From positions 74,344,295 through 74,379,900 of the forward strand of contig NC_057718.1 in assembly GCF_004010195.1 (NCBI RefSeq): a DNA stretch of 35,606 nt. The letters are read 5' to 3'. The notes beneath the pieces were generated by a model. The model did no database searches and had not been told where the DNA came from. It was given only the letters and a program-made list of their open reading frames with translations. Below are positions 1-10,996 of the stretch, one piece after another. The stretch is from Chiloscyllium plagiosum. Its lineage: Eukaryota. The position numbers and the translations under genes are program-made. Positions within the stretch are counted from its first letter, which is position 1. Each line of letters begins with the position of its first letter.

Positions 1-481
1 TGTCCAGTGGAGATTCACACGGATGATCCCTGGAATGGAGGAATGGCTGAGGAACCTGGGGTTGTACTCATTGGAGTTTAGAAGGTTAAGGGGAGACCTA
101 ATAGAAACTTACAAGATAATACATGGCTTGGAAAGGGTGGACGCTAAGAAATTGTTTCCGTTAGGCGGGGAGACTAGGACCCGTGGGCACAGCCTTAAAA
201 TTAGAGGGGGTCAATTCAGAACAGAAATGCGGACAGATTTCTTCTACCAGAGAGCGGTGGGCCTGTGGAATTCATTGCCGCGGAGTGCAGTGGAAGCCGG
301 GATGCTAAATGTCTTCAAGGCAGAGATTGACAAATTCTTGATGTCACAAGGAATTAAGGGCTACGGGGAGAATGCGGGTAAGTGGTGTTGAAATGCCCAT
401 CAGCCATGATTAAATGGCGGAGTAGACTCGATGGGCCGAATGGTCTTACTTCCATTCCTATGTCTTGTGGTCTTATGGTCT
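1..481 (+). mobile_element. CR1 LINE 3' end (ORF2 C-terminus, 3'UTR, microsatellite tail)
   Basis: ORF 23-391 LGLYSLEFRRLRGDLIETYKI..TRGHSLKI..FFYQRAVGLWNSLP is the CR1 ORF2 C-terminus. It is followed by gggccgaatggtcttact and a tcttgtggtcttatggtc tail. Confidence 0.93.
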
Positions 482-499
482 AAATAATAAGTTGAAGAG

Positions 500-2857
500 A
501 CAGTTCAGGGTGGAACATGACAGGGACCGAGAAATGCCTGTTGGATTAAATTGCATCTGTTTCAATGCAAGAGGGCTGATAGGTAAGGCCGATGATCTCA
601 GGGCATGGATAGGTACGTGGGACTGGGATATTATAGCCATTACAGAAACATAGCTCAGGGAGGGACAGGACTGGCAGCTGAATGTGCCAGGGTACAGGTG
701 CTTTAGGGGGGACAGAGGTGGTGGATGGAGGGGTGGGGGAGTTGCATTTTTTGATTAAGGTTAGTATCACAGCAGTAATCAGAGATGAAATAACTGAGGG
801 ATCATCGAGTGAAGCTTTATGGGTGGAGCTAAGAAATTAGAAGGGGATGGTGATGTTGTTGGGGTTGAATTATCGGCTCCCAAATAGTCAACAGGAATTA
901 GAGAAACAAATATGCAGGGAAACTGGGGAGATTTGCTGGAGCAAGAAGAGTTGTCATAGTAGGGGATATTAATTTTCCTAACATAGGCTGGGGCTGACAT
1001 AGTGTTAAGGGATGAGATGGGGTGGAATTTGTTAAGTGTGTTACTCGGGAAGGGGCAAAACTCGATCTACTCTTGGGAAACAGGGCAGGACAGATGACTG
1101 AGGTGACAGTGGGGAGCACTTTGTGACCAGTGGCCATAGTTCTATTCATTATAAAATAGTTATGGAGTGGGACAAAATTGGTCCACAGGTTCAAGTTCGA
1201 AATTGAGGCCAGGCAAATTTTGGTGGAATTAGACAGGAGCTTGCAGGGGTTGATTGGAATAATTTGTTTGCAGGGAAATGAGATGGCAAGATGTTCCTGT
1301 GGGGTGAGGGCAAGGTTGCCAGGAATAAGGAACCCTGGATGACAAGAGATATTGAGGCTTTGATCAAAAGAAAAGGAGGCATGGCTCAGGTACATGGCTC
1401 AGGAATCCCTGGAGGCATAGAGAGGATATAGGAGTTTATTGAAGAAGCAAATCAGGTGGGAAAAAAAGGGAACGTGAGGTAGCCTTAGCTGAGAAGAGTT
1501 TGATGAATCCAAAGTGGTTCTTTAAGTATATTAAAGGAAAAAGAATAACTAGAGAGAATATAGGACACCTCAAGGACCAAAGTGAAACCAAGTTGAACCA
1601 CAGGAGATGGACGAGGTCCTCAATGAATATTTTTCCTCTGTGTTTACCGTGGAGAAAGACATGAAGACTGGGAACTTAGGGAAGTTAATGGTGATAACTT
1701 GGAGACAGTGTATATCACAGTAGAGGAGGTGCTGGATATATTAGAATGTATGAAGGTGGATAAATCTGCTGGTCCTGACCAGATATGTCCAAGAATCCTG
1801 CAGTAGGTGAAAGAAGACATTGCGGGAGTCCTAGCTGATATTTTTGCACTGGAGAGTAGCGAATGTTGTACCCTTATTCAAGAAGGGCTACAAAGAAAAA
1901 TCTGGGAACTAAAGACCAATAAGCTTAACATCTGTGGTAGGTTAATTATTTGAGAAGATTCTGAGGGCTGAGATATGCATGCATTTAGAAAGACAGGGTT
2001 TGATAAGGAGTAGTCCGCATGGCTTTGTGCATGGGAGATTGTGCCTCACAAATTTGTTAGAGTTCTTTGATGAAGTGACCAGGGAGATTGATGAGGGCAG
2101 GATGGTAGACATAGGCTATATGGATTTCAGTAAGGCCTTTAATAAGGTTGCACATAGTAGGCTACTCTGGAATGTTAAATCACGTGGAATCCAGGGGAAG
2201 CTGTGAAATTTGATACACAGTTGACTTGATGGTAGGAAGCAGAGGGTAATAGTGGAAGGATGCTTGTTGGACTGGCGGTCTGTGACTAGTGGAGTGCCTC
2301 TGGGTTTGGTGCTTAGCCCATTGATGTTTGTTATCTATATCAATGATTTAGATGAGACTGTACAAGGCATGATTAGTAAGTTTGCTGATGATGGTAAAAT
2401 AAGAGGTATTGTGGACAGTGAGGAGGGTTATCAGAAATTGCAGCAGGACCTTGGTCAGCTTGAGAAATGGTAAATAGATTTTAATACAGATAAGCGTGAG
2501 ACCTTGCATTTTGGAAAGTCAAATTAAGGTAGGAGTTTCATATTGAATGGTAGGACTTTAAAGGGTGTAGTGGAACAGAGGGACCTTGGTGTTCAGGTGC
2601 ACCATTCTTTGAAAATGGAGCCACAGGTAGACAGGCAGAGAAGATGGCTTTTGGCACACTGGCCTTAATCAGTTAGGGCATTAAGTATAGAAGTTGGGAA
2701 GTTATGTTGCAGTTATTCAGGAAGCTAGTGAGTCTGCACTTGTAGTATTATGTTTAGTTTTGGTCATCTTGCTATAGGAAGGATGTTATTAAACTGGAAA
2801 GGGTGCAGAAAACATTTAGAAGGATGTTGCCAGGACTCAAGGGTCTGAGATATAGAG
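500..2857 (+). mobile_element. Decayed CR1 LINE ORF2 (APE endonuclease + reverse transcriptase), 3' end missing
   Basis: Endonuclease start CICFNARGL..DIIAITET (465-653). RT motifs HGFVHGRLCLTNLLEFF, YMDFSKAFNKV, VTSGVPLGLVLSPLMFVIYIND and KFADD (1979-2473). Many stops and frameshifts. Confidence 0.93.
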
Positions 2858-3395
2858 TGATACAATAGGTCAGTGATGAGATTATTGTCTTTGTACATGA
2901 TTTGTTGATAGTAATCGTTACAGAATCATTGATAGTTTTGATACAGTCTTTGTCGGTCTCAGCGCAGCCTTGGTTAATTTCTGGTCATTGTCAGTTCCAG
3001 TGTAAACAATGTCAGTTTCAATGTTGGCACGGAAATCCATTGCTGTAGTAATGGGCACTAATCACTCTTCCTGAGAAGGGCGATTACTGCAGTCCTGGCC
3101 ATTAATATTTCGTATCGAGTCTGTATCAAGCTTTTAGCATTTCTATAAGAGGTGCTGGCTGGACCCAGACATTTCAGCAGGCAGTGTTCGTTACTCATGT
3201 GTATTCTCTCTCTCACCCGCCTTGAACTAATCAACTGGGTTGTGTGTGTTTTGTGCTGGTATTCTGGCGGCCCCAGGCAGTGTTGTATCAGCTCTGCTGT
3301 TTCTCTCCATATTGTGATCTGACGGCGATCTTGTGTCAAATTGGCCAACTGATGGCTCAGCAGCCATCTTGTGTGTTTATGTGCCCATTGTAACC
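2858..3395. mobile_element. Possible solo LTR or other unclassified insertion
   Basis: It starts exactly where the CR1 breaks off. The ends tgatacaat (2858) and attgtaacc (3387-3395) form an imperfect inverted repeat, and there is a TATA-like ctataaga near 3143. No coding motif, no TSD found. Confidence 0.35.
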
Positions 3396-3414
3396 CTGGC
3401 CTGTGCCATCTCCC

Positions 3415-3452
3415 TCTTCAACATTTCCACAGAATGAAAAAATGTTCATTGG
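3415..3452. repeat. 38-bp inverted repeat, left copy
   Basis: tcttcaacatttccacagaatgaaaaaatgttcattgg is the exact reverse complement of 5193-5230. Confidence 0.95.
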
Positions 3453-3454
3453 GC

Positions 3455-5167
3455 CAGTCTGTGTGCTGTAGGACTCCATAACTCGATGAGGACCAAACTT
3501 TCACCCCAATATACCAACATTTTCATGCACAAGTTTGAGTAAGATTTCTTTGCTGCAAGGATCTCCAACCAACGCTATACACCAGATACATCAGCGACAT
3601 TTTCTTCCTTTGGACTCATGGCGAGGAATCACTGAAATCACTACACAACGATATCAACAAGTTACATTCCACCATCAGACGTCCCATGGACTGCTCTTCA
3701 GAATCAGTTTTATTCTTGGACTCATAGATCTCCATCAAGGATGGGCACCTCTGTAACTCACTCTACTGCCACCTCATGGATAACCTCACGATTCTGCACT
3801 TGTCTAACTTCTACTGTAAACATGTTAAAGAAGCCATCCCTTACGGACAAGCCCTGCACATACTGAGGATCTGGTCAATCAAGGAGGAATGTGACAGACA
3901 CCTGAAAATGCTGAGAGTCACCTTCATAATAACAGGATATGATGCTCAATTCAGCGATCACCAGTTCTGATGTGCCACAGCAAAAAACAACAAAAACCTC
4001 TACAAAAGACAGACACAGGATATGACTGATGGAGTACTTTTTGTCATCCAGTTACTTGTCCAGAGCAGAGAAACTATGCCATGTTCTTCGCAACCTTCAA
4101 CATGTCAATGATGACATAAGCATCTCACCAAGATCATCCTTACATCTCCACTTCTCGCCTTCAAATAATCACCAAGCCTTAAACAGACCATTGTTCACAG
4201 CAAACTATCCAGCCTTTACGACAGCATCGACCACAGCACCACACAGCCCTGCTATGGCAATCTCTGCAAGACATACTAGATCATTGACATGGATACTACC
4301 ATCCCACATGATAACACCATCCACCACATACATGGCAAATACTCATGTAACTCAGCAATGTTGTCTACCTCATATGCTGTAGGCATGGATGCCCCAAGGC
4401 ATGGTAATTGGCAAGACCATCCAGATACTATGACAACAGAGGAATGGACAGTGCATAACTATCACCTAACAGGAATGTTCCCTCTCAGTCAGGGAACACG
4501 TCAGTAGTCAAGGACTTTCACCCTCTGATCTTTAGGTAAACGTCCTCCAAGGCAGCCTTCGAGATTTACAATGAAACAGACTTGCCGAACAGAAACTGAT
4601 AACCAAGTTCTGTACCCATGAAGACAGTCTCAACGATGATGTTGGGTTCATGGCACACTCCACGTAACCCCATCGTACTGTTCTGTATCTGTAAAATCTT
4701 CCTTGCATCCTGTTTTAACGCCATCACCTTGATAACTTGTTATGATCTCTCTACTTTAATTAGTTTGTACAGTTTGGATTACTCATTACTTTGGTTAAAC
4801 CCTTTGCATGCGATCTTATACCTATCATGTTATTCCAGCTGTTTGGTTTATTTCCAGCACCACTTTAGTTTTTTTTGTAATGACCTCTTTGCCTAAATTA
4901 TTCAGATTATTGGTCATCCCTTCACTTGCTGTTCAGCTGTTGACACTTTACTCACACTGTTTGACACTTCTAATCACCCATAAATTTATTATTGAATCTA
5001 TCATCACTCCACTTACACCATTTGTACAATCTTTTGATCTCTCTCCATATAAATTCTGAGTCTGTGTGCTTCTCTTCACTCCACCTGACCAAGGAACAGC
5101 ACTCTGAAAGCTTATGATTTTAAATAAACCTGTTGGGCTATAACCTGGTGTCATGTGCCTTCTGACA
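3455..5167 (+). mobile_element. 5'-truncated Penelope-like element (RT C-terminal half, GIY-YIG endonuclease, pseudo-LTR)
   Basis: Decayed frames read NIFMHKFE, RYISDIFFLWTHGEESL and HVKEAIPYGQALHILRIWS, then HIHGKYSCNS leading into a GIY-YIG region. The 3' end carries a degenerate hammerhead (cctgaccaagg..gaaagctt) and aataaacctgttgggctataacctggtgt, shared with 22571-22650. Confidence 0.88.
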
Positions 5168-5192
5168 GTTAGAAGCACTGAGTAAAAAAAAT

Positions 5193-5230
5193 CCAATGAA
5201 CATTTTTTCATTCTGTGGAAATGTTGAAGA
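5193..5230. repeat. 38-bp inverted repeat, right copy
   Basis: ccaatgaacattttttcattctgtggaaatgttgaaga is the reverse complement of 3415-3452. Confidence 0.95.
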
Positions 5231-5320
5231 TTGACAGGTGTACACTGTATATTGAAATCTGATCATATTCTGGTTTTATTTTGACCACTTGTTTCAATGC
5301 AATGTAATAAATGTGTATTT

Positions 5321-5336
5321 CCAGCAGATGGTAGCA
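5321..5336 (+). promoter_or_regulatory. CTCF-like motif
   Basis: ccagcagatggtagca is one mismatch from a CTCF core (CCAGCAGATGGCAGCA) and lies in unique DNA. Motif match only. Confidence 0.25.
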
Positions 5337-5469
5337 AGTGACTATTAAAATACGGAAAGCCAGCTTCTGTGCATCATTTCATCCAGGTCCTAAAATTGTT
5401 CAATATATTATAGAACGAACTTTGTTGATTTAAAAGTATGTATTAAAGGCCTCTCAGTCCAGCTGGTCA

Positions 5470-5640
5470 GATTCTCAGGTTTTCTTTCAAATCCCTCTTA
5501 GTACTATCAACGACTTTTTTCAATAACAAGCTACAACTCAAAGATTCAATGAGATCTTTGCTTTCCTCTGATTCCACCATCTTGAACAGCTATCCCTCGC
5601 TCCACCATTGTTTGATTGTCCTTAGCTGTCAGGCCTTTGT
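5470..5640 (+). mobile_element. Old L2-type LINE 3' fragment
   Basis: ttcaaatccctc..ctacaac..gagatctttgc..cgctccaccattg..cttagctgtcaggcc resembles L2 ORF2 3' ends, recalled from fish and shark repeats. Confidence 0.5.
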
Positions 5641-7045
5641 AGTATGTTGTGACACAAACTATTGCTGCCACCAATTCTCCTTTCAACAATTTTGACAAAA
5701 TTAAAGTAAAATTAGGATTGACATTCCCTACACAGTCCCTGTAACAAAGTAAAAATCACAAATAAAGCTTCCAAATTTAAATTGAACTTTGTAACCATTT
5801 TGCCTGCTGGATATTGAAGACCTGAAGCACACTCGCTGACACCACATGCTCCCTGTCCAAGGACAACCTGGCACTGACATAACTGCAAAAGGGAGACAGG
5901 CAGTCAGGTGCAATCACCTCTTTGAGAGCTTGCTGCCCATAATGTCCAGGCCCAACAGCAGGCTCATGAAGAAGACCACGCATCTGATCACTCCTCTACA
6001 CCTTGGGTGAATCCTCGCTTCCAAGCTGAGACTAAGAACCTTTCTAATTGGCAGTGATAGAGCATATGTTGCCATTGAGTCTTAACAAGACTTATGATGG
6101 CTTTCTTCACCTCCTCATATGCCCCAGATGCACATTCCTTACAGAACAACATACATTTACTTGCATGGTGTTAATAGGTACAAATTTCATTGACTAATTC
6201 GGTACATTTACAAAGACTATCAGGAACCAGAGGTGACAAGTTTGTCTCCATTGGAACCGTGTGCTACAACTGCTTCTTCTGCAACCAAAGACTATATGAC
6301 AACATTCAATTGGGTGGAGCTCAATGCAGCTTCAACGTTAATTCTTTCAGAACCATTATGTTATATGTCTCCCCACCCAAGATTATTTTATATAGTTAAT
6401 ATTTATATATTTGATAAGCAATTGTATTTGTATTTAGTACTAATTTATCTCTTCACAAATCTCTGACTTCACAAATTAAGGCCGTCTCTGTTATTATCTA
6501 AAATGCCTGGCAGCAATCTCTGAGACACCAATAGGCAACAAATACCAACAGGTCATTGACAATTAAATGTTGGAGTTTGTGGTGTACAAACCAGAAATAA
6601 AACTCTGACTGGTAAGTATGGATTCTATCTAACTAGCATTTAATCTCTGATATTTAACATTGGCAGCAGAGAATGATTAGCGACTTCTAAATCAAGGATT
6701 GAAAACTAAGTATTATTGTAACAGAAGAGTAATTCGGTAAAAATTTCAGAAAGGTGGTTGGATCTAGATGCAAGGTATCAGAGTATGGTTATCCAACCCT
6801 TTTTCTCTAAAAGTAAACTTTACGAACTGTGGAATTAAAAAGCAACTATGTGGGCCATGGCGACTGCCGACGATTGGAAATCATTGAAACTAGAAATGTC
6901 CAGGGTACGATCAGTTAATGTTTTGCTCTGGTTCAAAGTACCTTTACACCATGAGCTGTCCCAAAATAAAAATGGAATTAAAAATGAAATAGAAAATGCA
7001 GAGAAAGAAGATGAAGATGGAGACATGGATCAAAGAACGTGCACT

Positions 7046-7128
7046 TTATTGGTCATGAGCTGTTTCAGGCCTGTGATGAACATTTTCAGAATCTTGCAGT
7101 TCTGCAGTATTAGACAACGAATGTGCAT
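7046..7128 (-). CDS. Candidate terminal coding exon of an unidentified host gene
   Basis: A minus-strand acceptor ttttaacctgtctatttgacaaactgtAG is followed by (x)AHSLSNTAELQDSENVHHRPETAHDQ-TAA and a long AT-rich repeat-poor stretch that could be 3'UTR. No homologue recognised. Confidence 0.22.
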
Positions 7129-7791
7129 CTACAGTTTGTCAAATAGACAGGTTAAAATGCTACTTGAGAAAAAATATTGGAACAAAATTTTTAAAGTTGA
7201 GAATTCCACCAGTTTAAGTTTTGAGAATAATAACACAGTAACATATTTTAAAAGTGTAATCGCTCCTTGTAAAATAAATAGAATCAATCATTTTATTAGC
7301 ATGGATATCACATTCACTGAACTGCCCATGTAATTAAGTTGGCCATCAATGAAAAAAATGAAACAGGTTATGGAAAACTACAAAGCTGTTATATTTCAAA
7401 AACTTGCTAACAATGAAATTAGAGATACATGTATAAATATGAAGATAATAATTATGAAAATAATACAACAGTAGAAAGCCCTTTTAACACTGAGGTGTGT
7501 AAGAGAAACAATGCAATGGTAGACCAACAAGATTTGGCTGATTGACCAAACTGTAAATTATTGTCAGCATTCGCAGCAGATGTTCTTGCTAAGAATCCAT
7601 TGCTGGTGGCAAGAGGTTATAGTCCATATTTTTGCTTAGAAATCTTCAAGTTCCATCAATATAAATGATCAGACAGCAATTTGGGAAGAAACTACAATTA
7701 GCCTGTAGAGCATGCAGGCAGAATGGCTTCCACTAAAGGTGGAATTAGTCTTCGTAAACCAGAACTTATGGCATCAGAAACCAATTTAAAT

Positions 7792-8452
7792 TGGGGCGGC
7801 ACAGTGTCTCAGTGGATTGGTGGTTGGAGGGGGGGGGGGTGGTCGCAGCAAGTTGTCTCAGTGGTTAGCACTACAGCCTCACAGTGCTAAAGACCCAGGT
7901 TCAATTCCACCCTTGGGCAATTGTCTGTGTGGAGTTTGCATGTTCTCTCCATGACTGCATGGGATTCCTCCAGGTGCTCCAGTTTCCTCCCACAGTCCAA
8001 AGATTAGATTTTTTTTTTAGATTACTTTACAGTGTGGAAACAGGCCCTTCGGCCCAACAAGTCCACACCGACCCGCCGAAGTGCAACCCACCCATACCCC
8101 TACATTTACCCTTTACCTAACACTACGGGCAATTTAGCACAGCCAATTCACCTGACCTGCACATCTTTGGACTGTGGGAGGAAACCGGAGCACCCGGAGG
8201 AAACCCACGCAGACACGGGGAGAACGTGCAAACTCCACACAGTCAGTCGCCGGAGGCGGGAACTGAACCCGGGTCTCTGGCGCTGTGAGGCAGCAGTGCT
8301 AACCACTGTGCCGCCGTGCCACCCAAGTAGGTTAGATGGGTTAGCAAGGGGAAATACAGGGATGGGTGGGTCTGGGTGGAATGCTCTTTGGTGGGTCGGT
8401 ATGAACTCAAAGGGGCGAATGGTCTTCTTCCACACTTTAGGGATTCTATGGT
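7792..8452 (+). mobile_element. Older HE1-like tRNA-derived SINE, split by a younger copy
   Basis: Box A (ctcagtggttagc), box B (ggttcaattcc) and core gtgtggagtttgcatgttctc..tttcctcccacagtccaaag. It resumes at about 8325 and ends in a CR1-like tail (ggcgaatggtcttcttccacac..ttctatgg). Confidence 0.8.
8001..8324 (-). mobile_element. Full-length HE1-like (V-SINE) tRNA-derived SINE
   Basis: The minus strand reads gggtggcacggcggcacagtggttagcactgctgcctcacagcgccagagacccgggttc, then the V-SINE core, then tail gggccgaagggcctgtttccacactgtaaagtaatcta. Confidence 0.92.
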
Positions 8453-8874
8453 TCAAAATCAGGAGCGCATACTTTATTATTATAAAAAAAAGGGGTTTAA
8501 AGATTGGAAAGACTGTAGTGATTTGACTCAGGTGAATCTTATTAACTATAAGATCCTTGATCGGGGTTGTTAACCTGGGCCAAACAAAGAGCCTTGACTC
8601 ACAGATATAAAAATGGGATTCAGTGAGTCTTTTGATTTCAGGGACTGTCTCTGAGATAACTACAAATAAATGGTGACTTGGTGATGGGATACTGAGCAGA
8701 TTTTTCAGACACCCAGAAAAATAATCATGTAAAAATAATAATTGTGCAGCATAGGAACCAGACTATTCTGGTTCACTCTTCAAGGTTGTTGTGTATGGAT
8801 TACAAATTAGAAAATGCTAAACAATTCATTGAAAATAATGAGGAACTAGGTACCTCTCATCAACAGGGATAAAA

Positions 8875-9006
8875 ACAATACAGAACTGCAAACGCTAGGG
8901 ATCTGAAATAAAGCCATAAGTTACTGATGAAACTCAGCGGGTCTCACAGCATCTGTGAGAAGAAAGCAGAGTTAACATTTTGAGTCCAGTGATTCTGTAT
9001 CAGATT
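8875..9006 (-). mobile_element. PLE pseudo-LTR fragment (family also at 13020-13100, 13597-13732, 26060-26140)
   Basis: Shared string gaaactcagc(a/g)ggtct..cagcatctgtg..aagcagagttaacattt..gtccagtga and a degenerate hammerhead. Confidence 0.7.
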
Positions 9007-9382
9007 CTCCTGACCATATGTTTCAAGGCAATGAGACTCAGGCTGTTGTCATTGTCATTTCGTCAGATGAAGGATAAAGTTCTGATTCAAAATGAGACAA
9101 CTACTAAGAGTGGGTTCTGAAGTCTTTTTTTTACCAGAAGGGGCTAGACAATGGAGAAATCTAACTCTTATAAGTAAACAGGGAAGACCTCTGGAAAATA
9201 TAACTGGTTGGATGTACATGATGAGGGTCAGGTGATCAGACCCATAAATTGGGAATACAATAAAGTTGGAAAGCAAGGAAAAACAATGAAAGCTCCAACA
9301 GTGGCCTTCAGGGTGAACATTTCTCCAGAAAGTGATGACCATGGAAAGTAGTATTAAAAATATTTAATACTAAAATCACTTG

Positions 9383-10138
9383 TGGGATGTGGGATGTGCA
9401 ATTGCTGGTTGGCCAGCATTTACTGCCCATCCCTATTTCCACTTGAGAGGGTGGTAGTGAGCTACCTTCTTGAACTGTTGGAGTCTATGTGCTGGAAGTT
9501 GACCCATAATACCCTGAGGGAGGGAATTCCAGAATTTTGACCCAGTGACAGTGAAGGAACAGCTATATATTTCTAAGTCGGGAAGACTGGCTTGGAGGGG
9601 AGCTTGCAGATCATGGTGTTTCCATATATCTGCTGCTCTTGTCCTTGATGGGAAGTGGTTGTGAGTTTCGGTGGTGCTGTTTAAGGATTTTTGGTGAATT
9701 TCTGCAGTGCATCTTGTAGATAGTACACACTACTGTTACGTAGTGTCAGTGGCAAAGGGAGTGGAAATTTTTGGGTGTGATGCCAATCAAGTGGGCTGCT
9801 TTGTCCTAGATGGTGCCAAGCTTCTTGAGTTCTATTGAAGCTGCACTGATCCAGGCAAGTGGAGAGTGTGCCATCACACTCTAACTTGCGGTTAGAGTTT
9901 GGGAAGTCGGGGGTGAATTGCTTGCCAGAATATTCTTAGCCTCTGACCTTCTCTTGTAGCCACTGTGTTTATATGGTTAGTTCAGTTGAGTTTCTGGTCA
10001 GTAGTAACCCCCCCCAAGAATGTTGATAGTGGGGAATATTGATGATAATACCATTGAATGTCAAGGGACAGAGGTTAGATTGTTTCTTTTTGAAGATGGT
10101 TGTTGTCTGGCATTTGTGTGGTGTAAATGTTACTTTTA
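9383..10138 (-). mobile_element. 3' part of a CR1-group LINE, family B
   Basis: Colinear with 27590-28330 and 28865-29062 (ggccagcatttactgcccatcc..gtggtagtgagctaccttcttgaac..tttctgcagtgcatcttgtagatagtacacac). Confidence 0.85.
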
Positions 10139-10408
10139 ATAGGAAGGGCTTAACAACATCAAGGAAGGGATTCTACAAATACATTCAGGACAAAAGAGTA
10201 ACTAAGGAGAGAATAAGGCCCCTCAAAGATCAACAGGGCGCCTATGTGTGGAACCGCAGGAGATGGGGAGATACTAATAAAGTATTTTGCATCAGTATTT
10301 ACTGTAGAGAAGGATATGGAAGATAGAGAATGTGTAGAAGTAAATACTGACATCTTGAAAAATGTCCATATTGTTGTGGTTCTGTTCGCCGAGCTGGAAG
10401 TTTTTGTT

Positions 10409-10448
10409 GCAAACGTTTCGTCCCCTGGCTAGGTGACATCATCAGTGC
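10409..10448 (-). ncRNA. Minimal type I hammerhead ribozyme motif
   Basis: Reads GCA-CUGAUGA-U-GUCACC-uagcca-GGGGAC-GAAA-CGUU-UGC: core boxes, stem II, palindromic ACGU stem III and GCA/UGC stem I. Confidence 0.75.
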
Positions 10449-10956
10449 TTGGGAACCTCCTGCGAAGCACTTCTTTGATGTTTCCTCCGGTGTTTATAGT
10501 GGTCTGTCCCTGCTGCTTCCGGTTGTCAGTTTCAGCTGTCCGCTGTAGTGGTTGGTATATTGGGTCCAGGTCGATGTGTTTGTTGATGGAGTTTGTGGAT
10601 GAATGCCATGCCTCTAGGAATTCCCTGGCTGTTCTCTGTCTGGCTTGCCCTATGATAGTAGTGTTGTCCCAGTCGAATTCATGTTGCTTGTTGTCTGCAT
10701 GTGCACGCAGACAACAAGCAACATGAATTCGACTGGGACAACACTACTATCATAGGGCAAGCCAGACAGAGAACAGCCAGGGAATTCCTAGAGGCATGGC
10801 ATTCATCCACAAACTCCATCAACAAACACATCGATCTGGACCCAATATACCAACCACTACAGCGGACAGCTGAAGCTGACAACCGGAAGTGGCAGGGACA
10901 GACCACTATAAACACCGGAGGAAACATCAAAGAAGCGCTTCGCAGGAGGCTCCCAA

Positions 10957-10996
10957 GCACTGATGATGTCACCTAGCCAGGGGATGAAACGTTTGC
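10957..10996 (+). ncRNA. Minimal type I hammerhead ribozyme motif (mirror copy)
   Basis: gca-ctgatga-tgtcacctagccaggggat-gaaa-cgtt-tgc, with one C>T change at the base of stem II. Confidence 0.68.

Noticed and set aside
1381..1403. Short direct duplication atggctcagg (similar case near 13813)
   Set aside because: These are ordinary deletion or slippage scars inside dead CR1 copies.
8032..8526. 164-aa ORF and the similar ORF at 35150-35347
   Set aside because: Both are antisense translations of HE1-like SINEs.
8560..8680. LTR-like fragment with a TATA-like gatataaaa
   Set aside because: No termini, TSD or second copy could be found.
10433..10972. Two near-identical 97-aa ORFs on opposite strands, suggesting a duplicated gene pair
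   Set aside because: They are antisense readings of the two arms of the PLE palindrome.
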